Virus record (IMG/VR): IMGVR_UViG_3300018018_000001
Location: 32,001-96,000 of that record
From: a virus
Reading direction: 5' to 3' (one strand)
Length of the DNA stretch: 64,000 nt
Both the position numbers and the translations under genes were made by a program. This document shows positions 1 to 9,381 of this stretch, in pieces. The notes beneath the pieces are model-generated. The model ran no database searches. It had not been told where the DNA came from and saw nothing but the letters and a program-made list of their open reading frames with translations. Within the stretch, counting starts at the first letter, position 1; the number at the start of each line of letters is the position of its first letter.

Positions 1-8
1 ATATTGAT

Positions 9-1841
9 ATGGGTCTAGGAAATTTATATGTTATTACTAGTTATGCAGTACAGATAAATAGTATTGACTCAACAACACGTGCTCCTAAAGATTGGCAGTT
101 ACGGGGAAAGGTTAATGTTGGTGATTCTTGGACCACTTTTGACTCGCAAACAGGTATAACGGCTTGGTCTGCTGGGCAGAAGAAAACTTATAGTTGTCCT
201 TCTAATGTAACAGCATATAGATATTTCCAATTTAATATTACATTAAATAATGGGGATGCAGGTTATACTGGAATAAGTGAGTTATATCTTTATACAGGAG
301 CAGTCGCTCCAACATTTCGTTCATTAGTAAATGCAGATTTTCCTGCTACTCTTTCACTTTCTATAGCAGGATTAAATCTATCAGGTCTTACAGCTTCTGA
401 GCCAGTAGTAACTGATGCATCTAAGAATTTAGCAAGTGTTTCTTATGCCACATTCAAGTCAAGTTTGTCTCTTGCTCAAGCTGATATATCAGGATTGACA
501 ACAGGTTCAAGTCCAGCCTTTTTAGGACTGACAATTGATACCAATACCCTTTATGTGGACTCTACTCATCATAGGGTAGGAATATTGACTACTTCTCCTA
601 CTTGTGATATAAGTTTAGGTAATGGTGCTGCAAGGGAAATTTGGATAGAAAATACTGCTACTGATGTGGTAGGTAGGAATTTAATCATTGCTGCTGGTGG
701 CACTGTTGCAGGGACCTCTGTTAATAACGTAGTAGGGGGTAATTTAACTCTCCAGGCTGGATTAGGAACTGGATCAGCAGTAGAGTATATTTATTTCCAA
801 ATAGGAACTACTCTTGGGAGTGGAAAAACTTTACAGACAATGACTACCCAGATGTCAATATCTGGTAGTGGTCTTGTTAACATTCCTGGATTAACTGCCT
901 CTCTTCCTGTTGTTACTGATGGATCACAAAATCTTGTCAGTGTATCCTATGCTACTTTTAAATCCAGTTTGGCTATAGCCCAGGCTGATGTAACTGGATT
1001 GCATACAGCAGATAGTCCAACTTTTGTTGGAGAAACTCTTTCTGGACTTACTGGTACAGGGATACGATATGTTACGACAAGTGCAACAGGGGTTCTTGGA
1101 GTAAGTGGGGGGATTCCATACTATCTTTCCTCTTTCACTAATGCAAATTTGACAGCAGGGATATTGACAGTTACACATAATCTTGGTGTTCAATATGGTT
1201 CTGTTACTATTGTTGATAATACTGGTAAAGAAATTTTACCTGATGATGTTACTTTTACATCAACAACCGCCTTGGCAGTGGATTTGACTTCATATGGAAC
1301 ATTAACTGGAACATGGCAAGTTAGTTTCCTCTCTGCTGGTGGGACAATTCAAACATTACCACAAGCATTGGGAGTGGGTGATAGTCCAACATTTAATCAT
1401 CCAATTCTTACTGATCTTACTATTGGTTCCCTGGGTGGCTTTCTTTTTGGAACGGCTGGAGTAGTATCGGCTCTAACCGTTGCTCAGAGAATGGCAATCG
1501 GCCAAATCACTAAAGATATGAGTTCAGCAGGCACTTCAGTAGTTTCCGGATTGTCTTTTTCTCCTTCAATGGTAATCTTTGTGGCCTCTGGTTCTGATCC
1601 AGATGAATTTTCTGTTGGCTTTGATGATGGAACAACTCACGTTGTTATTGAAGCCCTTGGAACTTTTATAGCAGATAGTTTTGATTCTGCAAGTTCATTT
1701 TCAATTTATTTGCTGAAAGCGGCAGAAACCACATATCAAGGTCTCATTAGCTCATTAACGGCAGACGGATTCGTAATAACGTGGACCAGAACAGGGACCC
1801 CTACCGGAAGTACCAAAATAAATTATCTGGCGTTTAGATAA
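9..1841 (+). CDS. Tail fibre / receptor-binding protein, probably 5'-truncated by the window edge
   Basis: Frame is open to position 1. N-terminal discoidin/F5-8C-like stretch (APKDWQLRG...YRYFQFNIT...ISELYLY). T/G/S-rich fibre sequence with an internal repeat GLTASxPVVTDxSxNLxSVSYATFKSSL x2. Confidence 0.75.
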   Translation: MGLGNLYVITSYAVQINSIDSTTRAPKDWQLRGKVNVGDSWTTFDSQTGITAWSAGQKKTYSCPSNVTAYRYFQFNITLNNGDAGYTGISELYLYTGAVAPTFRSLVNADFPATLSLSIAGLNLSGLTASEPVVTDASKNLASVSYATFKSSLSLAQADISGLTTGSSPAFLGLTIDTNTLYVDSTHHRVGILTTSPTCDISLGNGAAREIWIENTATDVVGRNLIIAAGGTVAGTSVNNVVGGNLTLQAGLGTGSAVEYIYFQIGTTLGSGKTLQTMTTQMSISGSGLVNIPGLTASLPVVTDGSQNLVSVSYATFKSSLAIAQADVTGLHTADSPTFVGETLSGLTGTGIRYVTTSATGVLGVSGGIPYYLSSFTNANLTAGILTVTHNLGVQYGSVTIVDNTGKEILPDDVTFTSTTALAVDLTSYGTLTGTWQVSFLSAGGTIQTLPQALGVGDSPTFNHPILTDLTIGSLGGFLFGTAGVVSALTVAQRMAIGQITKDMSSAGTSVVSGLSFSPSMVIFVASGSDPDEFSVGFDDGTTHVVIEALGTFIADSFDSASSFSIYLLKAAETTYQGLISSLTADGFVITWTRTGTPTGSTKINYLAFR

Positions 1842-1859
1842 AACGGATTGGAGAAACTT

Positions 1860-2096
1860 ATGAGAACAGGAGAATTAAGTTCACAAGGTCCATTTAGACA
1901 CACAAATGCCATTATAAATGGAGCCTTAGATATTTGGCAAAGAGGAACTTCGTTTGCGGCTATTGCTACTGATATAAATGGAGCCTTAGATATTTGGCAA
2001 AGAGGAACTTCGTTTGCGGATATCGCTACTGATATATATTCTGCTTGGATGCGGGAGGACGCACTGTTACCATTTATGGTGCCAATCTTGGTGTGA
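1860..2096 (+). pseudogene. Tail-fibre module fragment (IINGALDIWQRGTSF motif), probably degenerate
   Basis: GGAG SD precedes ATG 1860. The fibre motif is duplicated and the frame then ends in non-fibre sequence. Confidence 0.5.
1913..2036 (+). repeat. 60-bp tandem duplication (2 copies, 2 mismatches)
   Basis: tataaatggagccttagatatttggcaaagaggaacttcgtttgcgg...gctactgata occurs at 1913 and 1973. Confidence 0.95.
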
Positions 2097-2281
2097 CGAT
2101 TTATGGAGGCATAGGATTCATGACATACAATGATACTGGCACTTCTGTATGGTGTATTGTAACTCCTGTAAATCCCAATATACAGGCTGTTTTTTATGTG
2201 GTTGGTGGAAATTATACAGACATAACCGCACTCATTACCACAGGACATGAAATAGTTTTAATACTATTTTATGAAACATAA
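2045..2281 (+). CDS. Small beta-rich tail-fibre C-terminal-like fragment
   Basis: 78-aa ORF overlapping the previous fragment in another frame. Resembles a fibre tip ending (GHEIVLILFYET). Confidence 0.4.
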   Translation: MDAGGRTVTIYGANLGVTIYGGIGFMTYNDTGTSVWCIVTPVNPNIQAVFYVVGGNYTDITALITTGHEIVLILFYET

Positions 2282-2379
2282 TAACAAACCGGTGAACATC
2301 CGGAAGGATTTATCAAGGAGTAAAAGATGCAATATAAAACAGGCTCAGTAAAAGAAACAATAATGGACCTTCGAAACTT

Positions 2380-2967
2380 ATGAAAACAGGCACACTTCTT
2401 CCACAAAATTTGACGGCTTCGCAGGCAATCTTAACGAATGCCAGTAAACAAGAGATATCTGCTGATTATTTAGATCAGGCAGTAAAGCAAGCCTCTTCTC
2501 CGACGTATGCTGGCCTCACACTAACAGGATTTTCTGGAATTATACTTGCTTCTGCCGGTGTTCTATCTACCATTGCTTACACAGACTGGACAACTCCATC
2601 ATACAATGCAGCAAACTTTACTGGCAATGGTTCTATGACCTGGGGGGTTGACTCTGGTGATGTGGAGACATATTCGTATTGTATTATTGGCAAGACAATG
2701 CAAGTTAGATTTTTTTTAAACACCACTACTGTAGGAGGAAGTCTGAACACAGCGTTACAAATTGCTATTCCAGCATCAAAAACGTGTTCAGGAGATGCAC
2801 CCTTTATGTATGGAAAGTATCAAGGAACTTGGAGTATGGCGTGCGGTTTGGTGACCAACGGCGCAACGGTCATATCCTTATTCACAGATTTGACACAAAG
2901 CGGAAATTGGTCGGCAAGTACAAATACAACATATGTAAAGGGGCAGGTTTTTTTCCCAATAAGTTAA
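2380..2967 (+). CDS. Short tail-fibre-like protein
   Basis: N-terminus (LTASQAILTNASK...SSPTYAGLTL) is paralogous to repeats in 9..1841. Beta-rich C-terminal domain (YSYCIIGKTMQVRF). Confidence 0.65.
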   Translation: MKTGTLLPQNLTASQAILTNASKQEISADYLDQAVKQASSPTYAGLTLTGFSGIILASAGVLSTIAYTDWTTPSYNAANFTGNGSMTWGVDSGDVETYSYCIIGKTMQVRFFLNTTTVGGSLNTALQIAIPASKTCSGDAPFMYGKYQGTWSMACGLVTNGATVISLFTDLTQSGNWSASTNTTYVKGQVFFPIS

Positions 2968-3018
2968 AACGAACTGGCGAAACTTCGAATTAAATAAAAG
3001 GAGATTTTAAAATATAAA

Positions 3019-3032
3019 TTGGCTTAGGCCAA
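3019..3032 (+). promoter_or_regulatory. Intergenic hairpin with TTAG loop
   Basis: ttggc-ttag-gccaa just upstream of the SD of 3053. Confidence 0.5.
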
Positions 3033-3052
3033 AATAAAAAGGAGGGTGTAAT

Positions 3053-3529
3053 ATGAGTAAAACTACGTTAACAGCGGGAGAAGTGGAGCAGGTAGGTATT
3101 GCCTTAGGTGGTATTATGGGCAAGGATCTTCCCTTTAAGATTTCCTATGCCTTAGCCAAGTTGACTAAGGAAATAGAAAGGGAATTGAAAATCTTGACTG
3201 AAATTCGGCAGAAACTGGTTAAGACCCATGCTCTTCATAATGATGGTAAGGAACCTATTGTTGTTGAAGATCCTGTTACCAAAGTAAAAAATACCATTAT
3301 GCCTGGACAACCCATTACAGCTATTGACCATTTAACCAAACAGCAAATCTATACTTACAAAGATGAGGGAACCAAATCCTCTTACCTGAAAGAATTGGGT
3401 GAGTTGCTTAAGATGAATGTGGAAATTGAACACTTGACTATTGCTCAGGACTTGCTGGAAAGGGTTAGTTTTACTCCAATGCAACTCAAGACTCTGCTCT
3501 TTATGGTTGACCTTGAGGATAAAAAATGA
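3053..3529 (+). CDS. Hypothetical helical protein downstream of fibre genes
   Basis: 158-aa ORF with strong SD (AAGGAGG). Confidence 0.7.
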   Translation: MSKTTLTAGEVEQVGIALGGIMGKDLPFKISYALAKLTKEIERELKILTEIRQKLVKTHALHNDGKEPIVVEDPVTKVKNTIMPGQPITAIDHLTKQQIYTYKDEGTKSSYLKELGELLKMNVEIEHLTIAQDLLERVSFTPMQLKTLLFMVDLEDKK

Positions 3530-4032
3530 AGGAATGTTCAAAATGTAAAAAAGAAAAAGATTTAACAGAGTTTTACAAAGATAAAAGAAGTAAAGATGGC
3601 TGCAGATCTTGGTGTAAAATCTGTGAAAAGAAAGGAACTAAGAAGTGGATTGAACAAAATCCAGAAAAGCATAAAAAATCTGCTAGTAAAAGTAATAAGA
3701 AACATTATCAAAATAATAAAGATAAGTTTAAGGAATACAATAAAAAATATTATCAAGAGAATCCAGAAATTTATAGAAATATAAATTTTAAGTTACGTTA
3801 TGGAATTACTCTTGACGATTATAATAAAATTCTTGAAAAGCAACATGGTGTCTGTATTATCTGTGGTAATGCTCCTGATAATGATAAATTTTTAAGTATA
3901 GATCATGATCATGTTACAGGAAAAATTCGTGGTTTACTTTGTGATAGGCACAATAAGATGTTAGGATTTGCTCAAGATAATATAGAAATATTACAAAGAG
4001 CAATTGATTATTTAAGGATAAAAGGAGGATAA
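3526..4032 (+). CDS. Endonuclease VII-like (His-Me finger) homing endonuclease
   Basis: N-terminal CxxC...CxxC, then YGITLDDY...CIICG...DHDH...RGLLC. Confidence 0.85.
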   Translation: MKECSKCKKEKDLTEFYKDKRSKDGCRSWCKICEKKGTKKWIEQNPEKHKKSASKSNKKHYQNNKDKFKEYNKKYYQENPEIYRNINFKLRYGITLDDYNKILEKQHGVCIICGNAPDNDKFLSIDHDHVTGKIRGLLCDRHNKMLGFAQDNIEILQRAIDYLRIKGG

Positions 4033-4126
4033 AATTTATTCTTCAATCTACGCAGATCAAATTGAAGGAAATTTTCAAGGTCAAGTCCAGGTAATTGAGG
4101 ATATAACTACTCCCTTTGATTTTAGA

Positions 4127-5332
4127 GTGTCCATTATGGATGATCGGCAAATTCCTGTTGAGTTTGAGAAGGCTATTTTACAGAATAAAATTATCCCTAT
4201 CGAATTTGAAAAAGGAGTGGCAGAGGATGTTTCCATTCCTGTTGAATTTGAGAAAGGAATCACAGAAAGTAGATCTATTCCGGTGGAATTTGGTTTACTC
4301 CTGAATCAATCTGTACCTATTCCTATAGAGTTTGGGTTATTTATTTTCCAGGATGCTAGTATCCCTATTGAATTTGAGAAGGGGATAGCAGAAGACATAT
4401 CTATTCCTTTTGACTTCGGGAAAAGGTTATTTCAGGATCTTATTTTTCCAATTGAAATTAGTAAGGGAATAGCAGAGGATAAAAGTATTCCTCTTGACTA
4501 TGTTATTTCTATTGCTGAGGATAGAGCTATTCCTTTTGACTTTGGGAAAGATCTGTTTCAGGATATCTCTATTCCCTTTGAGTTTGGAGTGAATATTCAG
4601 GAAGGATTAATTATTCCTTTTGATTTTGGTAAGTCTCTATCTCAAAATATTGATATACCTGTAGAGTGGAAGATAGGAATTCAACAAGTATTACAAGACT
4701 TTATTATTCCACTTGATTTTATAATTCCTATTCTTAAAGACATAATTATTCCAATAGATTTCAGTATTTATGTTAAAGAAGATATAATTATTCCAATAGA
4801 TTTCAGTATTTATGTTAAAGAAGATATAATTATTCCTATTGATTTTAGTGTAACAGTTAGAAAAGATAGGTCTATTCCAGTAGAATATTTATTGGGATTA
4901 AATCAGAATTATTCTATAACCTTAGAATTTTTAAAGGGAATTAGGAAAGATCAAGTAATTGGTATTGAGTATTTAAAAGGAATATTTAAGGACATAATTA
5001 TTCCTGTTTCATGGTCACTTTCTACTGTTTCTGAATTGTTTTTAGCTCCTGTAGATATATTAAAATCTGTTAATTTTTCTGCCTATTTACCTATTGACTT
5101 TGAACAGAAAATACGGTATGATTACAATATACCAATAGAGTTACCTGGAAAGAGTCCCACTAGCCTTGAGATTGTTTTTGGGGCTTTGTCTTTCCCAACA
5201 TTTATTTTTTCAGAAAAAGTACCTGTTGTTGATTTTTCTACTAAATCTTCACAGATTGTTTTCAGGGAAGGGGAAATTCCAAATATTGAATTTCATACAA
5301 TAAAAATTCCTAAAGAAGATTTTGAAAGTTAA
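4127..5332 (+). CDS. 14-aa-repeat (IPxEFxxxIxxDxx) putative virion fibre protein; frame is open from 4022
   Basis: About 20 periodic IP[IVFL][ED][FWY] units. The repeat register continues upstream of the GTG at 4127. Confidence 0.7.
   Translation: MSIMDDRQIPVEFEKAILQNKIIPIEFEKGVAEDVSIPVEFEKGITESRSIPVEFGLLLNQSVPIPIEFGLFIFQDASIPIEFEKGIAEDISIPFDFGKRLFQDLIFPIEISKGIAEDKSIPLDYVISIAEDRAIPFDFGKDLFQDISIPFEFGVNIQEGLIIPFDFGKSLSQNIDIPVEWKIGIQQVLQDFIIPLDFIIPILKDIIIPIDFSIYVKEDIIIPIDFSIYVKEDIIIPIDFSVTVRKDRSIPVEYLLGLNQNYSITLEFLKGIRKDQVIGIEYLKGIFKDIIIPVSWSLSTVSELFLAPVDILKSVNFSAYLPIDFEQKIRYDYNIPIELPGKSPTSLEIVFGALSFPTFIFSEKVPVVDFSTKSSQIVFREGEIPNIEFHTIKIPKEDFES
4739..4847 (+). repeat. 42-bp near-perfect tandem repeat (about 2.5 copies) inside the repeat protein
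   Basis: ga[c/t]ataattattccaatagatttcagtatttatgttaaagaa repeated; encodes DIIIPIDFSIYVKE. Confidence 0.9.
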
Positions 5333-5346
5333 TTAGGAGGATTAAA

Positions 5347-6099
5347 ATGTCAGTTGCACCTACAGACCTTAAAGATTATGGTTCTGCAAATATGCAGGAA
5401 ACTGATTCTGGATCTCCCCAAGGTGGGGCTATTGATCTGACAACTAAGATTGATTTTACTGATATCTCTGCTCCTGATGGTATTACAGTAGTTTCATCTG
5501 ATCCTGGAGATACAATGGGTTTCTATTACTGGGGAAGAGATGTATCGGGTGTCATAATTACTGGTAGTACAACTTTAATGGGTATTACTCCAATACCTTT
5601 AATTGTTACACTTGAGCGGATATTGAAGGTACAACTTCTTTCACCTGCAGCAGGAACAATTACAATCACGAAAACTACAGGAGGGGCAATCCTTATAACT
5701 ATGGAGCCAGGAATCATTACAGTTAGGAGACCTTTCTACAATGCCGCAGCCCCTTCTGTAGGAAGCAAGACTTATTATGAAAAATTCTTTATCAAGAATA
5801 CTCATGGGAGTTTGGCTTTAACTTTGGCTACGGTTGCTCAATTAACTAACCGAATTGGAGTAGATCCTAATGGTAGAATAGCTTTTGGATTAGAAAGTTC
5901 CCTAGATGGTAGTGATTCTGTAACTAATAGATTGACCGCTCCTTCTGAGACTATTAATGTTACCACTAAAAATGTGGCTAACTCCCAAAATCTTAGTCCT
6001 GGGGCTGCTCAGGGAATATGGATGTCTCTTGCATTATCCTCTGCTGATGTGGCTACAAAAACAAGCGTGACCTTCGAATTAGCCGGTCAGAGCACATAA
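5347..6099 (+). CDS. Putative minor virion structural protein
   Basis: 250 aa, T/S/G-rich beta composition, strong SD. Confidence 0.6.
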   Translation: MSVAPTDLKDYGSANMQETDSGSPQGGAIDLTTKIDFTDISAPDGITVVSSDPGDTMGFYYWGRDVSGVIITGSTTLMGITPIPLIVTLERILKVQLLSPAAGTITITKTTGGAILITMEPGIITVRRPFYNAAAPSVGSKTYYEKFFIKNTHGSLALTLATVAQLTNRIGVDPNGRIAFGLESSLDGSDSVTNRLTAPSETINVTTKNVANSQNLSPGAAQGIWMSLALSSADVATKTSVTFELAGQST

Positions 6100-6122
6100 A
6101 CTATTTATATTAAAGGAGAAAT

Positions 6123-6905
6123 ATGGGTAAATCAATTATTGATTTAATGGGGAAGAGATTTGGATATTTAACAGTAATTAAAAGAGTTGGAACTAAATTT
6201 GGTTATGCATTATGGCTATGTAAATGTGATTGTGGTAATGAAAAAGAAATTAGTGGGAATAATTTAAGAAAAGGAAATACCAAAAGCTGTGGATGCTATC
6301 GTAAGGAAACAGTGGCTATAAGAAGTAAAGGCAAATCTCCTAAAAATATTAAAGATTTAACTGGAAAAAGATTTGGGAGATTAGTAGTTATTGAGAGAAA
6401 AGGAAGTAATAAAAATAGTCATTCATTATGGCTTTGTAAGTGTGATTGTGGAAAAGAAGTTATAATTATTGGAATTTGTTTAACTTCTGAAAATACAAAG
6501 AGTTGTGGTTGCTTCAATCATGATAATCATACTCTTCCTTTTGGGGAAGCCGCTAAAAGGACTATTTATAGATCCTATATAAAACATGCAGAAGAAAGAA
6601 ATCTTTCATTTGAATTATCTTTTGAACAATTTTTAGAATTATCTCAAAAGAATTGTTATTATTGTGGATTAGAGCCATCTAATATAAATAAGTCTAATTT
6701 TAATAATGGAGATTTTATTTATAATGGAATTGACAGAGTAGATAATACTAAAGGATATACTATAGAAAATTGTGTTTCTTCTTGTAGACCCTGCAATATA
6801 GCTAAAGCTGATATGGCCCATGATGAATTTTTATCTTTAGCTGAGAGAATTCATCAAAATCATTTTGAGGAATCCATATCGGTAAATTCTTTTGATTATT
6901 ACTAG
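6123..6905 (+). CDS. HNH homing endonuclease with IDLxGKRFG repeats
   Basis: Two DLxGKRFG...WLCKCDCG...KSCGC modules; GIDRVDNTKGYTIENCVSSCRPCN. Confidence 0.85.
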   Translation: MGKSIIDLMGKRFGYLTVIKRVGTKFGYALWLCKCDCGNEKEISGNNLRKGNTKSCGCYRKETVAIRSKGKSPKNIKDLTGKRFGRLVVIERKGSNKNSHSLWLCKCDCGKEVIIIGICLTSENTKSCGCFNHDNHTLPFGEAAKRTIYRSYIKHAEERNLSFELSFEQFLELSQKNCYYCGLEPSNINKSNFNNGDFIYNGIDRVDNTKGYTIENCVSSCRPCNIAKADMAHDEFLSLAERIHQNHFEESISVNSFDYY

Positions 6906-6914
6906 GAGATTAAA

Positions 6915-7241
6915 TTGGAAGTAAATGAAAAGACATTCTGTTATATTCCTATCACATTTTTGGATGAAAATAAGAGTCCAGTTACCCCAACAAATGTAAC
7001 TACTCGTATTGATGATGTAGCTTCAGGAACAAATATACGTCCTGTAACTTCCTTAGTGGTTACTTCTCCTAATGTTAGTGTTTTGGTAACGTCAAATGAA
7101 AATAGGATAGTCAATGATACTGATGAGGATCAGGTTGGGGAAATTCATTTATTGACTATTGAATGCGATATTCCTCATGGTCATGTAACTGGACAGCATG
7201 AAATTTATGTAAAAAATCTTCCTAAAGTTACTTCTCCATAA
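6915..7241 (+). CDS. Small Ig-like virion protein (putative)
   Basis: TTG start after AGGAG; beta-rich 108 aa. Confidence 0.5.
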   Translation: MEVNEKTFCYIPITFLDENKSPVTPTNVTTRIDDVASGTNIRPVTSLVVTSPNVSVLVTSNENRIVNDTDEDQVGEIHLLTIECDIPHGHVTGQHEIYVKNLPKVTSP

Positions 7242-7251
7242 GGAGGATGAT

Positions 7252-7605
7252 ATGTTTAAGTTTGAAAATTTAGCTCAAAAGCTTGCAGTTATTGGGGGAA
7301 TTATAGCTCTACTGACTTCTATTAGCGGGATTCTACTTTGGGTGGATCACCGTTATACTCTTGTCAAAGACCATAATGCTTTGGCAGGGGAGGTTTCAGA
7401 AGTTAAGAAAACTCAGCAATATATGGGATTTTCTTTTCAACAAAGATCGGTTGAGGATAGGATGAATAAATTAGAAGATCGCTATGAGGGAAAACAAATG
7501 CCTAAATCAGTTAAGGAAGAACATAGTAATCTTACCAAACAAAATGATGAATTGAAATCAATTCTCAATGATCTTAACAAGAAAAGTATTGAATCAGTGA
7601 GATAA
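7252..7605 (+). CDS. Membrane-anchored coiled-coil protein
   Basis: One N-terminal TM segment (LAVIGGIIALLTSISGILLWV) followed by a coiled coil. Confidence 0.65.
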   Translation: MFKFENLAQKLAVIGGIIALLTSISGILLWVDHRYTLVKDHNALAGEVSEVKKTQQYMGFSFQQRSVEDRMNKLEDRYEGKQMPKSVKEEHSNLTKQNDELKSILNDLNKKSIESVR

Positions 7606-8300
7606 TGAATAAAGCCGATTTGTTGAAACATACTTTGGAGGAACTTGCCAAAACCCTTGGAGAATCCACTGGGAAGATGAATGATCTTGTGCGTGAAAAG
7701 ATGGGTGAAGAGTTACCCCATAGAAGCAAGATGGAACAGATTAAGATTAAGAATAAACTTAATCTGATTGAACAGAAAAGGAATGAATCCATGTTTGCTT
7801 TTGTTGGGGCTTCTACTAGAGCAAAAGAGATAATTAAATTCTTGAGTGAAGAAGATAATAAAAAGAAAGAGCAGTGGAGTTCTATTTCGGTGATGGGTGG
7901 AAATACAGAGGATAAACCCATGGAGCCATTAAAAGTAGAGCAGGATAAAGCTGTATCTGGTAAACCACGGGATGGGAAAGAATTAGATTCCTGGATCAAG
8001 CAAGGAAAGGCCCCAAATGATACAGGACCAGTTTACTCACAAAAGAGTTTTGAAGATGAGAAAATAACCAAGGATGGTAATTTAATCCATATAGATACTG
8101 ATAAGCCTGTACCCCAGCTTTACGTGGGCTCTGTTCAACACTTAAATGGAGCCCCTGATGAGTGGATAGGTAAGCCAATAAAGTTCCTTGGAAGGCGAAT
8201 TTGGGCCTTTGCCGGCCGTGGATATGGCCATGAGGTAGAAGTTGGGGGGGAATATGGTATCCTTAGCCTAAATGGGGTGACAGACAAGCCTACTAAATAA
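7605..8300 (+). CDS. Putative internal head protein (leader MNKADLLKHTLEE)
   Basis: Shared N-terminal motif; charged. Confidence 0.55.
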   Translation: MNKADLLKHTLEELAKTLGESTGKMNDLVREKMGEELPHRSKMEQIKIKNKLNLIEQKRNESMFAFVGASTRAKEIIKFLSEEDNKKKEQWSSISVMGGNTEDKPMEPLKVEQDKAVSGKPRDGKELDSWIKQGKAPNDTGPVYSQKSFEDEKITKDGNLIHIDTDKPVPQLYVGSVQHLNGAPDEWIGKPIKFLGRRIWAFAGRGYGHEVEVGGEYGILSLNGVTDKPTK

Positions 8301-8309
8301 AGGGGAGTA

Positions 8310-8906
8310 ATGGGGAATAAAAGACCAGATGTTGCTGAACGAAATAAATTAAAAAGAAAATTAAAACCGGAACCTAAGTTATGCGAATGTAATTGTGGCC
8401 AGTATTCTAAACCAGGAAATAGATTTATACATAGTCATCATATGAGAGGAAGAAAAAGACTTGATACTGTTGAAAGAAATAGAAAAAATTCAGGAGAAAA
8501 GTCTTCTTGGTTTGGTACAAAAGGTCCAATGTTTGGTAGAACGGGTGAGAAAAGTCCTAATTTTGGTAGAAAAAGACTTGATCTTGCTGAAAGAAATAAA
8601 CAGAATTCAGGGGAGAAATCTCCTAATTGGAAAGGTGGAATTTCCACATATCCTTATGGACCTGGATTTAATGATGAGTTAAAAAAACATATTAGAGAAA
8701 AATTTAATCATACTTGCGTTCTTTGTAAAAAACAAGCTAATATTCCTCATCATATAGACTATGATAAAAACAATAATCAAGAAGATAATTTTGCTCTTTT
8801 GTGTGTATCATGTAATTTTAAAGTAAATAAAAATAGAGTTCAATGGGAAATTTATTTTAGAATGTATTTAATGTTAATGAAATTGGAGGAAAATAATCAT
8901 GGCTAA
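8310..8906 (+). CDS. NUMOD3-type repeats plus HNH homing endonuclease
   Basis: GEKSPNFG repeats; CVLC...HHIDYDKNNNQEDN...LCVSCN. Confidence 0.85.
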   Translation: MGNKRPDVAERNKLKRKLKPEPKLCECNCGQYSKPGNRFIHSHHMRGRKRLDTVERNRKNSGEKSSWFGTKGPMFGRTGEKSPNFGRKRLDLAERNKQNSGEKSPNWKGGISTYPYGPGFNDELKKHIREKFNHTCVLCKKQANIPHHIDYDKNNNQEDNFALLCVSCNFKVNKNRVQWEIYFRMYLMLMKLEENNHG

Positions 8907-9276
8907 AGCTAAGGAAGTGTTGAATATTCTTGAACAAGAGGCCCCTGCGGGTCCAGGTGCTGTGGCTGGTGGACAGATTGATGGTCCAAAACCTGCTGGA
9001 TTTACTTCTCAGACCATTACCCAAATACAGGAAATTCTTAGTAAATTCGGAGTTAAGAGTACCCGATCATTCACAGGTTGGCAGTTGGATGGTGGCCTTG
9101 CCGATGCTTCCAGGGGTTTTGTTTCCTTGGGTGTACGTGAGGATGGTTTCTGCGTGATTGCCAAGTCAGGAAAATTCACAAGCCAGGAAGCTGAAGAGAA
9201 TGCCAAGAAATTAGGTGACATAATTACCTGTTTAGGGGAGCTATCTTCTGTTCATGCTTCAGTAGTGGCCAAGTAA
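8899..9276 (+). CDS. Putative internal head protein (leader MAKAKEVLNILEQE)
   Basis: Shared N-terminal motif; SD GGAGG. Confidence 0.55.
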   Translation: MAKAKEVLNILEQEAPAGPGAVAGGQIDGPKPAGFTSQTITQIQEILSKFGVKSTRSFTGWQLDGGLADASRGFVSLGVREDGFCVIAKSGKFTSQEAEENAKKLGDIITCLGELSSVHASVVAK

Positions 9277-9381
9277 TAAAAGGAGGTAGAGGGACAAACC
9301 CTCCATTTAAAGGGGCTTGGCTGTTAGATCCCAGAATACGTGGGCGGTAAGACCAATGACCCCGGTTGCAAAGGATAAAAA

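Noticed and set aside
1913-2036. DGR template/variable repeat pair
   Set aside because: The copies are directly tandem, the two mismatches are not both adenine-specific, and no reverse transcriptase is present in the window.
4739-4847. CRISPR-like repeat
   Set aside because: There are no spacers; it is an in-frame coding tandem repeat.
9285-9372. c-di-GMP-I riboswitch or ribozyme
   Set aside because: Only superficial similarity (caaacc...ggttgca); the conserved GAAA loop and GACGCAAAGC core are absent.
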